A stretch of 63,973 nt of DNA, the filler included, from Basidioascus undulatus (taxonomy: Eukaryota), in the NCBI GenBank assembly GCA_000826855.1. It is 4 parts of 4 records of this genome, joined end to end, with 100 filler letters (N's around TTAATTAATTAA, not from the genome) between each part and the next. Parts side by side here need not be neighbours in the genome. Positions count along the whole stretch, not along the records: positions 48,837 to 63,973 come from JTLS01000663.1; 3 more parts are not named here. The stretch is one strand, 5' to 3'. Numbering within the stretch: position 1 is the first letter of the stretch; the number at the start of each line of letters is the position of its first letter. The notes under the pieces are model-generated. The model was not told the origin of the DNA, ran no database searches, and was given only the letters and a program-made list of their open reading frames with translations. Below, in pieces: positions 61,527 to 63,973 of the stretch. The position numbers and the translations under genes are program-made.

Positions 61527-63973
61527 AAGAGCGCCGATGGTGGCTGATGGTCGCAGTCACGGTGGGCCGGGAAGATGGGAGTGGGCAAGAGTACAAGGCT
61601 GCCGTCGTCAGCCGGTGGTGTCGCCGTGCGAAGAAGGTGTGAAGAGAGCGGGCAAGGTGGGCGTGGCCGAGCTGATGAACCGTCTCGACGATTGGAGTGT
61701 CTTCTTGCACGCGACTGGAGTGTGGTTCCTTGATGAGCGACGGCCGATACGTGGGAAACAACCGATCAGATCTACCGAGATGGGCAGCTTTTGAGTGATC
61801 GATAACCCCTTCTTGGTCCCCGGGATCCCCACGAGATGGAAGCTCGAGGCCCGGCGGAGTTTGAAATCGATCGAGGCAGGTGTCAAAGTGAGGCACGCCG
61901 GACCGATCGCGCCCCTTCCAGAGCGTCGAGATTGGTTGGGACTGGGTTGACCGGGGCCACATCCGGTGCCCAGCGCGGGGCACCAAAAAATTTGCAGTTT
62001 CCATGCGGGGCAAACTGGGGCCAGACAGGTTCTCCGCTCTCACGCGGGCGTCGCTGGTTCCTTGAAAGACGACCGGCATGATGCCGACGGGTCACGTTAA
62101 ATGACTGCACTGCATCTTCGACTCTTGCATGGCTGATACCCACGTCGGGATGCGGCCCGGAAGAAGGGAAAGCATGCCCTTGCCCCGATGTCGGAGCTTT
62201 GAGCAACTCCAATCCAGTTCCACGGGGGAGGGTTTGAACAAAGACGACCGAACCGCAAGGCCCGCCATTCGGTTGCGCTTTCACATGACTTCTGAAGTCG
62301 AAGCGCAACGAAGTAAATGGGAAACAGGATACTTTCAGACTGTGTGGAGCTGAGGGCTATGCAAACTGCCGCAGGACTTCTCAGGACCCTGAGCAGTGCA
62401 GGCAGCACAACTGGAGGCATGCACAAGAAAGGCAGGCCAAGGAGAAGATGGCATGTCCCGGGTGTAGTAAAAGGATCGATAGAACAATCCAGAAAGTATG
62501 GGTGGGCTCCAAGCGAGCGGCTCGGAGCTGCGGAGGCCGAAGAGGTCGACACCGTGACACCAGGCGAGCGCACGCCGTGCCCACCCCTCATGCTGAGTAC
62601 GACGTGTTGAACGGGCTAGACGAGTCATCGGCCGTTCTGGCGGAAAACTGTCCAATCGGATACCTCAGACCATTGTTTTATTGTCTGACTATTCGCAGCG
62701 GTGTCGCACTGCTCGCAGCCCCGAAATCATGCAAGGGGTCGCGCTCCACACTCCGCACGACGAGCGCAACCGTTTCGGCGACTGCACGCGCTTTCGGCTT
62801 TCAGCACGGCGACTAGCCAATCGCAGACTCCCATTCTCTCGGCATCCCGGGCCGCGCTTCCTTTGAAATTCTGGCGTTTTCTAAGTACCCACGGCACTGT
62901 CTTCAAGTTCGAACCGATGTACGGGCGTGCTCCTGCGAATGGGCTTGAGGCAGCGCTCGGACGAGACGGCGAGAGTGCGACTGTAAATCTTTGATGTTCT
63001 CCGCGCTTTGTAACTTGCAGGATGAGTTTATGCGTTTATCAGGCCAGATTACCTGGGCAACAGAACACGCACAACTGTTTGCACGAGCATCATGGTCGAG
63101 TGCGATGGGTAATAGGTTGGCCAGCCGCGGTTCTGAATCTCACGCTCAGCCTATCCTCTTCCTCCTCCCTGCTCAGATCCCAATTCGGATCCAGTCAGGC
63201 TCAGTACGTGGGATATGATGAGCGTACAGTATTTTGTCTCTACAAAGCCGCTAGATATTGCGCGAGGCGTAGGCAGGAAAACGGATAGTCATGGCTTGTG
63301 GCGAATCGAAGGCTCTGTCAGCCACTGGTAGGTCGCGCAGGTGAGGGAGAAAGAAGATTAACGACCCATTGGACAATATGGTTCTAATGCAGCTGAAAGG
63401 GGGCCTATTTTGCAGTCTATTAGATCAAAGTTCGAGAGCGGTCGTCCTGTTTGTCCTCGCATGCAGTAGGCAATAATTCATTCGGATACACCGAAGTCCG
63501 CCGTCGTCAAATGTACCTACATATACTTTTCCAAGGCTTCCAACAACACTTTATATAATGAGTGTGTCCAGAAGGTGGTAAGTTAGTCCACTGCGCCCGT
63601 CCTTTCAAAGTCGAATTCGCCAAACCACCTCAAAGAGTCTTCAACAAGCTCGCACGCCCGAACAATACACGGAAATAATATGTCTATCTAATTCCCTCAC
63701 CTTTCACCCCACACCACTATTATATAATAGCTAGCAAAAATCTAAATAACGGGAAGGCCAAGCGGCGCTCCGAGCGAAAGAGAAAGTCGGTCCACACCAA
63801 ACCCAGTGGGCGAAGCGTTGCACGACTGCAGCATGCGAGGTCAAAGTAGGTGAGCTATACTACTGGAGAAAGAAGTTATATTGTGGAATGTATGTGTTTG
63901 TGTGGATGTGTGTTGAGTTGAAGCAGAAAGAGCACATTGGGACGCGGAGACATGCGGGATGGAGATGGAGATG

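Overview
Eukaryotic, intron-rich, GC-rich fungal genomic DNA. The short introns with GTGCGT/GTACGT/GTGAGT donors and the protein sequences point to a basidiomycete, probably a Pucciniomycotina yeast (inference). Three 100-nt N gaps carry an artificial TTAATTAATTAA spacer. Apparently intact genes are NAE1/ULA1, a DHHC palmitoyltransferase, MIC60, an aldo-keto reductase, tRNA-Glu(CTC), IFA38-like ketoacyl reductase, MCM-binding protein, SKN7/Prr1, a PLP aminotransferase (cut by a gap), a HAC1/XBP1-type bZIP, a PHO89-type phosphate symporter, AP-2 beta adaptin, TAF1 and a myo-inositol transporter. Decayed or altered genes lie between them: a beta-lactamase-fold esterase, PIF1, DUR3, an F-box-like relic and a BUD31 lacking its zinc cluster. 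The strongest hidden signal is a 41-nt non-spliceosomal Ire1-type intron (34940-34980, minus) in the bZIP gene: two CUG|CAGC hairpin loops whose excision shifts the frame onto an acidic C-terminus. Other highlights are a WW domain split over three exons at the N-terminus of SKN7, the DHHC catalytic cysteine on a 9-nt microexon, a perfect heat-shock element upstream of the bZIP gene, and an unassigned ~160-nt multi-hairpin RNA-like element. All calls were made by eye from recalled family motifs; no searches were run and exon boundaries are approximate.
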